DNA of 64,000 nt from the human T2T-CHM13v2.0 reference genome, Homo sapiens. The stretch is taken from assembly GCA_009914755.4 (NCBI GenBank), contig CP068257.2, positions 10,144,001-10,208,000 on the forward strand, written 5' to 3'. The notes under the pieces are model-generated. The model made no database searches, was not told where the DNA came from, and saw only the letters and a list, made by a program, of their open reading frames with translations. Positions 41,977 through 53,012 of this stretch are shown in pieces; the first letter of the stretch is position 1, and each line of letters opens with the position of its first letter. The translations under genes and the position numbers were made by a program.

Positions 41977-42365
41977 ATTCCATTCCATTCCATTCCATTC
42001 CATTCCATCCCATTCCATTCCATTCCATTCCTTTCCATTCCATTCCATTCCATCCCATTCTATTAAACTCCACTCCACTCCACGCCATTCCATTCCATCC
42101 CATTCCATTCAACTCCCTTCCACTCCAGTCCACTCCACACCACTCTACTCCATTCCATTCAACTCCCATCCACTCCAGTCCGCTCCACACCACTCCACTC
42201 CATTCCAACCCATTCCATTCCACTCCTTTCCAATCCATTTCACTCCACTACCCTCCACTCCATTCATTTCCACTCCAAACTATTCCATTCCTCTCCACTC
42301 CACTTCACTCCACCCCACTACTCTCCACTCCATTCCATTCCATTCCACTCCATTCCATTCCATTC

Positions 42366-42442
42366 ATTTTCTTCGAAAGAGTCTCACTCTGTCACTGAGG
42401 CTGGAGTGCAGTGGCACAATCTCACATCACATTTCATTTCAC
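42366..42442 (-). repeat. Alu 3'-end-derived segment in HSat3 (copy 6)
   Basis: ttttcttcgaaagagtctcactctgtcactgaggctggagtgcagtggcacaatctcacatcacatttcatttcacc. Confidence 0.65.
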
Positions 42443-42697
42443 CATTCCATTGCATTCAATTCCGTTCTATTTAACTCCAATCCACTCCACTCCACTCCAC
42501 TCCACGCCATTCCATTCCATTACATTCCAGTCCATTCCATTCCATTCCTGTCCACTCCACTCCGCTAACATTCCATTCAATTCCATCCCATCCCATTCAA
42601 CTCCATTCCATTCCTCTCCACTCCACTCCACTGCACTCCACTCCACATCACTCATCTCCATTCCGTTCCATTCCATTCCACTCCATTCCATTGCATT

Positions 42698-42776
42698 CCT
42701 TTCTTTCGACAGCATCTCACTCTGCTACCCAGACGGGAGTGCAGTGCCACAATCACAGCTCACATTTAATTTCACC
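42698..42776 (-). repeat. Alu 3'-end-derived segment in HSat3 (copy 7)
   Basis: tttctttcgacagcatctcactctgctacccagacgggagtgcagtgccacaatcacagctcacatttaatttcacc. Confidence 0.65.
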
Positions 42777-43145
42777 ATTCCATTCCATTCCATTCCATTC
42801 CATTGCATTCCAGTGCACTCCACTCCATTCCATTCTACTCCACTCCATTCCATTCCATTCCATTCCTCTCCATTCCATTCCATACCATTCCATTCCATTC
42901 CACTCCACTCCACTCCATTCCAATCCATCCCATTATATTCCACTCCATTCCACATCACTCCACTCCATTCCAAACCATTACATTCCTTTCCATCCCATTC
43001 CATTCCACTCGATTCCACTCCAATCCACTCCATTCCACTCCATTCCATTCCACTACACTCCACTCCATTCCACTCCATTCCATTCCACTACACTCCACTC
43101 CATTCAATTCTATTCCTTTCCATTCCACTCCATTCCATTCCATCA

Positions 43146-43224
43146 CTTTCTTTTGACAGGGTCTCACTCTGTCACACAGGCTGGAGTACAGTGGCACAAT
43201 CTGAGCTCACATTTCATTTCACCT
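43146..43224 (-). repeat. Alu 3'-end-derived segment in HSat3 (copy 8)
   Basis: tttcttttgacagggtctcactctgtcacacaggctggagtacagtggcacaatctgagctcacatttcatttcacc. Confidence 0.7.
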
Positions 43225-43813
43225 TTCCATTCCATTACACTCCATTCCACTCCAGTCCACTCAACTCCACTCCACTCCATTCCATTCCATTCCACTCCAC
43301 TCCAATCCTCTCCTCTCCTCTCCATTCCATCTTATTCCATTCCATTCCATTCGACTCCACTCCACTCCACTCCGATCCTTTCTATAGCATCACTTTACAT
43401 TCCACTCCATTCCACTCCACTCCAGTCCACTCCACTCCACTCCTGTCCACTCCGCATCATTACACTCCATCCCATTCCATTCCACTCCATTCCACTCCAC
43501 TGCACTCCACTCCACTCCATTCCATTACATTCTGTCCCATTAGATTCCACTCCATACCACACCACTCCAGTCCACTCCACTCCGTTCCATTCCATACCAT
43601 TTCATTCCATTCCATTCCATCCCATCCCATTCCAGTCCATTCCATCCCATCCCATTCCATTCCATCCCATCCCATCCCATCCCATTCCATTCCATTCCAT
43701 TCCATTCCATCCCATCTCATCCCATCCCATCCCATACCATTCCATTCCATTCCATTCCATTCCATTCCATTCCATTCCATTTCTTTTGATTCCACTTCAC
43801 TGCAATCCATTCC

Positions 43814-43890
43814 CTTCTTTTGACAGGATCTCACTCTGTGACACAAGCTGGAGTGCAGTAGCACAATCTCATCTCACATTTCATTTCACC
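43814..43890 (-). repeat. Alu 3'-end-derived segment in HSat3 (copy 9)
   Basis: cttcttttgacaggatctcactctgtgacacaagctggagtgcagtagcacaatctcatctcacatttcatttcacc. Confidence 0.65.
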
Positions 43891-43984
43891 ATTCCTTCCC
43901 ACTCCATTCCACTCCAGTGCACTCCACTCAACTCCACTACACTCCATTCCACTCCATTCTAATCCACTCCATTCGATTCCATTC

Positions 43985-44060
43985 CTTTCTCTGAGAGGAT
44001 CTCACTCTGTTAACCAGGCTGGAGTGCAGTGGCACAATTTCAGTTCATATTTCATTTCAC
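43985..44060 (-). repeat. Alu 3'-end-derived segment in HSat3 (copy 10)
   Basis: ctttctctgagaggatctcactctgttaaccaggctggagtgcagtggcacaatttcagttcatatttcatttcac. Confidence 0.65.
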
Positions 44061-44324
44061 GAGTCCATTCCATTCTATTCCATTCCATTCTACTCCCCTC
44101 CAGTCCACTCCACTCCGTTCCATTCCATTCCACTCCTCTCCACTCCACTGCAATGCACTCCATTCTGTTCCATCCTATTCCATTCCACTCCACTCCACTC
44201 CATTTCATCCCATTCAATTCCACTCCATTCCACTCCACTTCATTCCACTCCATCCCACTCAATTCCACTCTATTCCACTCCCATCAACTCCACTCCATTC
44301 CATTCCATTCCCTTCCATTCCATT

Positions 44325-44402
44325 CCTTTCTTTCGACAGGATCTCACTGTCACACCCAGATTGGAGTGCTGTGGCACAATCTCAGCTCATATTTCATTTC
44401 AC
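44325..44402 (-). repeat. Alu 3'-end-derived segment in HSat3 (copy 11)
   Basis: tttctttcgacaggatctcactgtcacacccagattggagtgctgtggcacaatctcagctcatatttcatttcacc. Confidence 0.65.
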
Positions 44403-44894
44403 CATTCTATTCCATTTCATTCCATTGCATTCCACTCCATTCCATTCCATTGTATTCCATTCCATTCCATTCCTTTCCTTTCCATTCCGTTCAATTCCAT
44501 TCCATTCCATTTCATTCCATTCCATTCTATTCCATTCCACTCCACTCCACTCCACTCCATTTAACTCCACTCCATTCTATTCAATTCCACTCCACTCCAT
44601 TCCACTCCAATACACTCCACTCCACTCGGCTCCATTCCATTCCATTCCATTCCATTCCACTCCAGTGCACTCCACTCAACTCCACTCCACTAACCTCCAT
44701 TCCATTCCATTCCAATCCATCCCATTCTATTCCACTCCATTCCCCTCCACTCCACTCCCCTCCACTTCACTGCACTTTACTCCAATCCAGTCCACTCCTG
44801 TACACTCCACTCCATTCCACTCCATCCCATTCCATTCCACTCCACTTTACTGCACTCCACTCCATTCTATTCCATTCCACTCCTTTCCACTCCT

Positions 44895-44975
44895 TTCCTT
44901 TCTTTTGACAGGATCTCACTGTCACAACCCGGCTGGAGTGCCATGGCACAATTTCAGCTCACATTTCATTTCACC
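44895..44975 (-). repeat. Alu 3'-end-derived segment in HSat3 (copy 12)
   Basis: tttcctttcttttgacaggatctcactgtcacaacccggctggagtgccatggcacaatttcagctcacatttcatttcacc. Confidence 0.65.
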
Positions 44976-45271
44976 ATTTTATTCCATTGCATTCCATCGC
45001 ATTCTATTCCATTCCATTCCATTGCATTCCACTACACTCCATTCCACTCCACTCCACTACACACGAGTCCATTCCATTGCTTTCCATTCCACTCCATTCC
45101 ACTTCACTGCATTCCAGTCGACTCCACTCCACTCCACTTCATTCCATTCCATTCCATCCCATTCTATTCCACTCCACTCCACTTTACTCCACTCCAGTCC
45201 ACTCCACTCCACTCCACCCACTCCACTACATTCCATTCCTCTCCATTATTTTCCAATCCATTCCATTCCTT

Positions 45272-45350
45272 TCCTTTCTTAAGACAGGATCTCACTCTGT
45301 CACCCAGGATGGAGTACAGTGGGACAGTCTCAGCTCACATTTCATTTCAC
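45272..45350 (-). repeat. Alu 3'-end-derived segment in HSat3 (copy 13)
   Basis: tttcttaagacaggatctcactctgtcacccaggatggagtacagtgggacagtctcagctcacatttcatttcacc. Confidence 0.7.
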
Positions 45351-45668
45351 CATAGCATTCCATTCCTTTTCATTCCATTGAATTATTTTAAATTCCATTC
45401 CATTCCATTCCACTTCACTCCACTTCACTCCATTGCACTCCATTCCATTCCATCCCATTCCATTCCACTCCATTCCACACCACTCCAATCCACTCCTTTC
45501 CATTCCATCCCATTCCATTCCACTCCATTCCACTCCAATCCACTCCACTCAACTCCACTCCACTCCTATCCACTCCATTCCATTCCACTCCATCCCATTC
45601 CATTCACGCCAATCCACTCCACTTCACTCCACTCCATTCCATTCCACTACACTCCTTTCCATTCCATT

Positions 45669-45746
45669 CCTTTCTTTTGACAGGATCTCACTCTGTCACC
45701 CAGGATGGAGTACAGTGGCACAATCTCAGTTCACATTTCATTTCAC
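45669..45746 (-). repeat. Alu 3'-end-derived segment in HSat3 (copy 14)
   Basis: tttcttttgacaggatctcactctgtcacccaggatggagtacagtggcacaatctcagttcacatttcatttcacc. Confidence 0.7.
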
Positions 45747-46044
45747 CATTCCATTGCATTCCATTACATTGCATTCCTTTCCATTCCATTCCATTCCACT
45801 CCACTCCACTCTTCTGCATTCCATTCCATTCCCTTCCATTCCATTCCATTCCACTGCATTCCATTCCACTCCACACCACTATATCCATTCCACTGTATTC
45901 CATTCTACTCCACTCCACTCCATTCCACTCTATGCCACTCCACTCCATGTCATTCCATCCCATTACATTCCACTCCATTCCACTCCACTCCACTCCACTC
46001 CATTCCATTCCATTCCATTCCATTCTACTCCATTCCATTCCATT

Positions 46045-46122
46045 CCTTTCTTTTGACAGGATCTCACTCTGTCACCCAGGCTGGAGTGCAGCAACACAAT
46101 TTCAGTTCACATTTCATTTCAC
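46045..46122 (-). repeat. Alu 3'-end-derived segment in HSat3 (copy 15)
   Basis: tttcttttgacaggatctcactctgtcacccaggctggagtgcagcaacacaatttcagttcacatttcatttcacc. Confidence 0.7.
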
Positions 46123-46395
46123 CATTCCATTCCATTCCATTCCATTCCATTCCATTCCATTCCATTCTATTCCACCCCACTTCACTCCACTCCATTCCAT
46201 TCCATTCCATCCCATTCCACTCAACTCCCTTCCACTTCAGTCCACTCCAAACCACTGCACTCCATTCCATTCTATCCCTTTCCATTCCACTCCATTCCAT
46301 TCCACCACATTCCATTCCATTCCATTACACTCCATTCCATTCCATTCCACTACATTCCATTCCATTCCATTCCATTACACTCCATTCCGTTCCAT

Positions 46396-46475
46396 TCCTT
46401 TCTTTCCACAGGATCTCACCCTGTCTCCCAGGCTGGAGTACAGTGGCAAAATCCCAGCTGACATTTCATTTCACC
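46396..46475 (-). repeat. Alu 3'-end-derived segment in HSat3 (copy 16)
   Basis: tttctttccacaggatctcaccctgtctcccaggctggagtacagtggcaaaatcccagctgacatttcatttcacc. Confidence 0.65.
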
Positions 46476-46655
46476 AATCCCTTCCACTGTATTCCATTCC
46501 ATTGCATTCCACTCCATTCCATTCAATTCCATTCCACTGCACTCCACACCACTCCACTCCATTCCATCCGGTTCCATTAGACTCCATTCCACTCAACTCC
46601 ACTCCATTTCACTCTACTGCATTCCATTACATTCCGTTATACTCCAATCAATTCC

Positions 46656-46736
46656 ATTTCTTTGTTTTGAGAGGATCTCACTCTGTCACCCAGGCTGGAG
46701 AGCAGTGACAAAGATTCAGTTCACATTTCATTTCAC
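46656..46736 (-). repeat. Alu 3'-end-derived segment in HSat3 (copy 17)
   Basis: tttctttgttttgagaggatctcactctgtcacccaggctggagagcagtgacaaagattcagttcacatttcatttcacc. Confidence 0.65.
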
Positions 46737-47004
46737 CATTCCATTCCATTCCATTCCTTTCCATTCCATTCCATTAAATTCCATTCCACTCCATTCTATT
46801 CCACTCCACTCCACTCCACTCCAATTCACTCCATTCAATCCCATTCCATTCCACTCCATTCCTCTCCACTCCATTCCATTCCATTCCATCCATTCCATAC
46901 CATTCCATTCCCCTCCACTCCACTCCACTTTAGTCCACTCCACTCCACTCCACTCCACTCCATTCCACTCCATTCAATTCCATTGCACTCCATTCCGTTC
47001 CATT

Positions 47005-47082
47005 CCTTTCTTTTGACAGGATCTCACTCTCTCTCCCAGGTTGGAGTGCAGTGGCACAATCTCAGCTCACATTTCGTTTCAC
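47005..47082 (-). repeat. Alu 3'-end-derived segment in HSat3 (copy 18)
   Basis: tttcttttgacaggatctcactctctctcccaggttggagtgcagtggcacaatctcagctcacatttcgtttcacc. Confidence 0.7.
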
Positions 47083-47354
47083 CATTACATTCCACTGCAT
47101 TCCAATCCATTCCATTTCATTACATTCCATTCCACTCCACTCCCCTATATACATTCCACTCCATTACATTCCATTACATTCCACTCCACTCCACTCCATT
47201 CCACTCTATGCCACTCCACTCCATGTCATTCCATCCCATTACATTCCACTCCATTCCACTCCACTCCACTCCACTCCACTCCACTCCATTCTATTCCATT
47301 CCATTCCATTCCATTCCATTCCATTCCGTTCCATTCTAATCCATTCCATTTTAT

Positions 47355-47432
47355 TCCTTTCTTTGACAGGATCTCACTCTGTCACCCAGGCTGGAGTGCA
47401 GTAACACAATTGCAGTTCACATTTCATTTCAC
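47355..47432 (-). repeat. Alu 3'-end-derived segment in HSat3 (copy 19)
   Basis: tttctttgacaggatctcactctgtcacccaggctggagtgcagtaacacaattgcagttcacatttcatttcacc. Confidence 0.7.
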
Positions 47433-47909
47433 CATTCCATTCCATTCCTTTCATTTCCATTCCATTCCATTCTATTCCACTCCACTCCACTCCACTCCAC
47501 TCCATTCCATTCCATCCCGTTCCATTCAACTCTCTTCCTCTCCATTCCACTCCACACCACTCTAATCCATTCCATTCAACTCCCTTGCACTCCAGTACAC
47601 TCCACACCACTCAACTCCATTCCATTCAATCCCATTCAATTCCATTCCATTCCACTATACTTCACTCCACTACCCTCCTCTCCATTCAATTCCACTAGAA
47701 ACCATTCCATTCCACTCCACTCTACTCCTCTCCACTCCACTCCATTCCATTACATTCGAGTTCATTCCTTTCAATTCCAGTCCACTCCACTCCACTACAT
47801 TCCATTCAATTCCATCCCATTCCAATCCATTTCATTCCTCTCCATTCTACTGCACTCCACTCCACTCGTCTCCATTCCGTTCCATTTCATTGCACTCCAT
47901 TCCATTCCA

Positions 47910-47990
47910 TTTCTTTCTTTTGTCAGCATCTCACTGTGTCACCCAGGCTGGAGTGCAGTGGCACAATCACAGCTCACATTTAATTTCACC
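47910..47990 (-). repeat. Alu 3'-end-derived segment in HSat3 (copy 20)
   Basis: tttctttcttttgtcagcatctcactgtgtcacccaggctggagtgcagtggcacaatcacagctcacatttaatttcacc. Confidence 0.7.
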
Positions 47991-48259
47991 ATTCCATTCC
48001 ATTCCGTTCCATTCCATTGCACTCCAGTGCACTCCACTCTATTCCACTCCACTCCATTCCATTCCATTCCACTCCACTCCAGTCCTCTCCATTCCAATCC
48101 ATCCCTTTACATTCCACTCCATTCCACATCACTCAACGCCACTCCACTCCAAACCATTACATTCCTTTCCATCCCATTCCATTCCACTCCACTCCACTCC
48201 ACCCCACTCCTCTCCATTCAATTCAATTCCTTTCCATTCCACTCCATTCCATTCCATCC

Positions 48260-48337
48260 CTTTCTTTTGACAGGGTCTCACTGTCTCACACAGGCTGGAG
48301 TACAGTGGCACAATCTGAGCTCACATTTCATTTCACC
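48260..48337 (-). repeat. Alu 3'-end-derived segment in HSat3 (copy 21)
   Basis: tttcttttgacagggtctcactgtctcacacaggctggagtacagtggcacaatctgagctcacatttcatttcacc. Confidence 0.7.
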
Positions 48338-48594
48338 TTTCCATTCCATTCCACTCCATTCCACTCTAGTCCACTCAACTCCACTCCACTTCATTCCATT
48401 CCATTCCACTTCACTCCACTTTTCTCCTCTCCTCTCCATTCCATCCCATTCCATTCCACTCAACACCACTGCACTCCACTCCACTCCGATCCTTTCCATT
48501 GCATCACATTGCATTCCACTCCTTTCCGCTCCACTCCACTCCACTCCACTACATTCCATTCCATTCAATTCCAGTACACTCCATAACATTACTT

Positions 48595-48674
48595 TCCTTT
48601 CTTTCAACAGGATCTCACTCTGTCACCAAGGCTGGAGTTTAGTGGCACAATCTCAGCTCACATTTCATTTCACC
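48595..48674 (-). repeat. Alu 3'-end-derived segment in HSat3 (copy 22)
   Basis: tttcctttctttcaacaggatctcactctgtcaccaaggctggagtttagtggcacaatctcagctcacatttcatttcacc. Confidence 0.7.
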
Positions 48675-49114
48675 ATTCCGTTCCATTCCATTCCATTCCA
48701 TTCCATTCCATTCCTACTCCATTTCATCCACTCCACTCCACTCCACTCCATTTCACTCCATTCGACTCCATTCAACTCCACTCCATTCCACTCCAATCCA
48801 CTCCACTCCACTCGATTGTATTCCACTCCATTCCATTTCATTCCAGTCCATACCATTCCATTCCATTCCACTCCATTCCATTCCACTCCACTCCATTAGA
48901 CTCAGAGCACTCCACTCCATTTGACTCCACTCCACTCCATTCCACTCCATTCCTTCCACTCCACTGCATTCCATTTCACTCCATTCCACTCCATTCCACT
49001 CTATTCCACTCCACTCCATTCCACTCCAATCCATTCCACTCCACTCCATTTCATTCCACTCCATTCCATTCCACTCCACTCCATTCCATTCCATTATACT
49101 CCATTTCGTTCCAT

Positions 49115-49194
49115 TCCTTTATTTCGACTGGATCTTACTCTGTCACACATACTGGAGTGCAGTGGCACAATCTTAGCTCACATTTAACTTCACC
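49115..49194 (-). repeat. Alu 3'-end-derived segment in HSat3 (copy 23)
   Basis: tttatttcgactggatcttactctgtcacacatactggagtgcagtggcacaatcttagctcacatttaacttcacc. Confidence 0.65.
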
Positions 49195-49805
49195 ATTCCA
49201 TTCCATTTCATTCTATTCCATTCCATTGCATTCCACTCCACTTCACTCCACTCCATTCCACTCCACTCCTCTCCACTCCACGACTCTACACTCCACTCCG
49301 TTCCATTTCATTCCATTCCATTCCAATGCATTCCGATCCACTCCACTCAACTCCACTCCACTCCATTCCATTCCGTTCCATTTTGTTCCATTCTCTTCCA
49401 TTCCACTCCAATCCTTTCCACTCCCCTCCTTTCCACTGCACTCCATTTCACTCTACTGCCCTCCATTCCACTCCAACGCACTCCAACCCACTACACTCCA
49501 CTCCATTACATTCCAATGCACTTCATCCCATTCCATTCAATTCCATTCTGGTCCATTCCACTCCATTCCACTCCATTCCACAACACTTCATTCCACTCCA
49601 ATCCATTCCACTCCACTCCAATCCATTCCACTCCATTCCATTCATTTCCACTCCATTCCTTTCCATTCCACTCCACTCCATTCCACTCCATTCCTCTCCA
49701 CTCCATTCCACTCCACTCCATTCCACTCCACCCTACTCCAATCCACTCCATTCCATTCCAGTCCACTCCATTCCATTCCATTCTACTTCGTTCCTTTCCA
49801 TTCCA

Positions 49806-49882
49806 TTATTTCGACTGGATCTTCCTCTGTCACCGAGACAGGAGTGCAGTGGCACAATCTTAGCTCACATTTCATTTCCCCT
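49806..49882 (-). repeat. Alu 3'-end-derived segment in HSat3 (copy 24)
   Basis: ttatttcgactggatcttcctctgtcaccgagacaggagtgcagtggcacaatcttagctcacatttcatttcccc. Confidence 0.65.
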
Positions 49883-50540
49883 TTCCATTCCATTGCATTC
49901 CATTCCATTCCATGTCTTTCCATTCCACTCCACTCCACTCCACTCTACTCCATTCCGTTCTGATCCATTCCATTCCATTGCATTCCGATCCATTCCATTC
50001 CATTCCTCTCCACTCCATTCCATTCCACTCAATTTCATTCTATTCCACTCAACTCCACTGCAGTCTTCTCCACTTCACTCCACTCCATTCCACTACAATC
50101 AACTAAACTCCACTCTACTCCACTCCATTCCATTCCATTCCATTCCATGCAACTACACTCTGATCATCTCCACTCAACTCCATTCCACTCCACTCACTCC
50201 GTTTCATTCCGTTCCATTCCAGTTCTTTCCGTTACTTTCCATTCCACTCCACTCCAGTCAACTCCACTCTATTTCACTCCATTCCACTCCTATCGACTCC
50301 ACTCCAATCCAGTACACTTCACTCCATTACATTCCACTCCATTCTATTCCATTCCATTCCATTCCACTCCACTCCACTCCACTCCATTCCATTCCACTCC
50401 ATTCCACTCCATTCCAAACCACGCCACTCCACTCCACTCCATTGTCATTCCATTACATTACATTCCAATCCATTCCACTCCACGCCACTCCACCCTATTC
50501 CATTCCATTCCATTTCATTGTACTCCATTCTATTCCATTC

Positions 50541-50618
50541 CTTTCTTTCGACAGGATCTCACTCTGTCACACAGGCTGGAGTGCAGTAACACAATTTTAG
50601 TTCACATTTCATTTCACC
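50541..50618 (-). repeat. Alu 3'-end-derived segment in HSat3 (copy 25)
   Basis: tttctttcgacaggatctcactctgtcacacaggctggagtgcagtaacacaattttagttcacatttcatttcacc. Confidence 0.7.
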
Positions 50619-50907
50619 ATTCCATTCCATTCCATTCCTTTCCATTCCATTCCATTCTATTCCATTTTTTTCCACTCCACTCCACTCCCCTCCACTCCAT
50701 TCCATTCCATCCCATTAAATTCAACTCCCTTCCACTCCAGTCCACTCCACACCACTCCACTCCATTCCATTAAACTCCCTACCACTTCTGTCCACTCCAC
50801 ACCACTACACTCCATTCCAGTCCATCCCATTCCATTCCACTCCATTCCACTCCACTCCATTCCATTCAATTCCGTTCCTTTCCATTACACACCATTCCAT
50901 TCCATCC

Positions 50908-50985
50908 CTTTCTTTCGACAGGGTCTCACTGTCTCACACAGGCTGGAGCACAGTGGCAAAATCTGAGCTCACATCTCATTTCTCC
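50908..50985 (-). repeat. Alu 3'-end-derived segment in HSat3 (copy 26)
   Basis: tttctttcgacagggtctcactgtctcacacaggctggagcacagtggcaaaatctgagctcacatctcatttctcc. Confidence 0.65.
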
Positions 50986-51237
50986 TTTCCATTCCATTCC
51001 ACTCCATTCCACTCCAGTCTACTCAACTCCACTCCACTCCATTCCATTCCACTCCACTTTTCTCCTCTCCTCTGCATTCCATCCCATTCCATTCCACTCC
51101 ATTAAACTGCACTCTACTCCCCTCCAATCCTTTCCATTGAATCACATTGCATTCCACTCCATTCCACTGAACTCTACTCCACTCCACTCCACTACATTCC
51201 ATTCCATTCAATTCCAGTACACTCCATAACATTACTT

Positions 51238-51318
51238 TCCTATGTTTTGACAGGATCTCACTCTGTCACCCAGGCTGGAGTGCAGTGGCACAATCTCAGC
51301 TCACATTTCATTTCACCA
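51238..51318 (-). repeat. Alu 3'-end-derived segment in HSat3 (copy 27)
   Basis: tttcctatgttttgacaggatctcactctgtcacccaggctggagtgcagtggcacaatctcagctcacatttcatttcacc. Confidence 0.7.
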
Positions 51319-51754
51319 TTCAGTTCCATTCCATTCCATTCCATTCCATTGCATTTCATTCCACTCCACTCCACTCCATTTCACTCCATTCGACTCCATC
51401 ACACTCCACTCCACACCACTCCAATCCACTCGACTCCACTCCATTGCTATCCAGTCCATTCCATTTCATTCCAACCCAATCCATTCCATTCCATTCCACT
51501 CCATTCCACTCCATTCCACTCCATTCCATTCCACTCCAATCCACTCCACTCAGTGTACCCCACTCCATTCGACTCCACTCCACTCCATTCCACTCCATTC
51601 CTTCCATTCCACTCCATTACGTTTCACTCCATTCCACTCCATTCCACTCTATTCCACTCCACTCCATTCCATTCCACTCCATTCCATTTCATTCCCCTCC
51701 ATTCCATTCCACTCCACTCCCTTCCATTCCATTCTACTCCATTTCCTTCCATTC

Positions 51755-51830
51755 TTTTATTTTGACTGGATCTCACTCTGTTACACATACTGGAGTGCAG
51801 TGGCACAATCAGTTCACATTTCATTTCACC
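51755..51830 (-). repeat. Alu 3'-end-derived segment in HSat3 (copy 28)
   Basis: tttattttgactggatctcactctgttacacatactggagtgcagtggcacaatcagttcacatttcatttcacc. Confidence 0.65.
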
Positions 51831-52427
51831 ATTCCATTCCATTTCATTCTATTCCATTCCATTCCACTCCACGCCACTACACTACACTCAACTCCACTCC
51901 ATTCCACTCTACTCCATTCCGTTCTGTTCCATTCCATTCTGTTCCATTACATTGCATTGCATTCCATTCCATTCCATTCCATTCCTCTCGACTCCATTCC
52001 ACTCCACTCAATTCCACCCCATTCCACTCAACTCCACTGCAGTCCTCTCCACTCCACTCCATTCCACTACAGTACACTAAACTCCACTCTACTCCACTCA
52101 ATTTCCATCCATTCCATTCCATTCCATGCAACTGCACTCCGATCAACTGCACTCAACTCCACTCCACTCACTCCATTTCATTCGGTTCTGTTGCAGCTGT
52201 TCCGTTCCTTTCAATTCCACTCAATTGCATTCCACTCCACTCCAGTCCGCTCCACTCCATTTTCTCCATTCCACTCCTATCCACTCCACTCCACTCCAAT
52301 CCACTCCACTCCTCTCCATTACATTCCACTCCATTCTTCTCCATTCCTCTCCATTCCATTCCATTCCACTCCATTCCCCTCCGCTCCACTCCATTCCATT
52401 CCACTCCACTCAATTCCACTCCACTAA

Positions 52428-52998
<571 letters not shown>

Positions 52999-53012
52999 GC
53001 AGTGGCACAATC
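52999..53012. repeat. 3' copy of the AluY target-site duplication GCAGTGGCACAATC
   Basis: Identical 14-mer at 52687-52700. The HSat3-embedded Alu-derived segment resumes after it (cttagcacacatttcatttcaccattcc). Confidence 0.9.
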
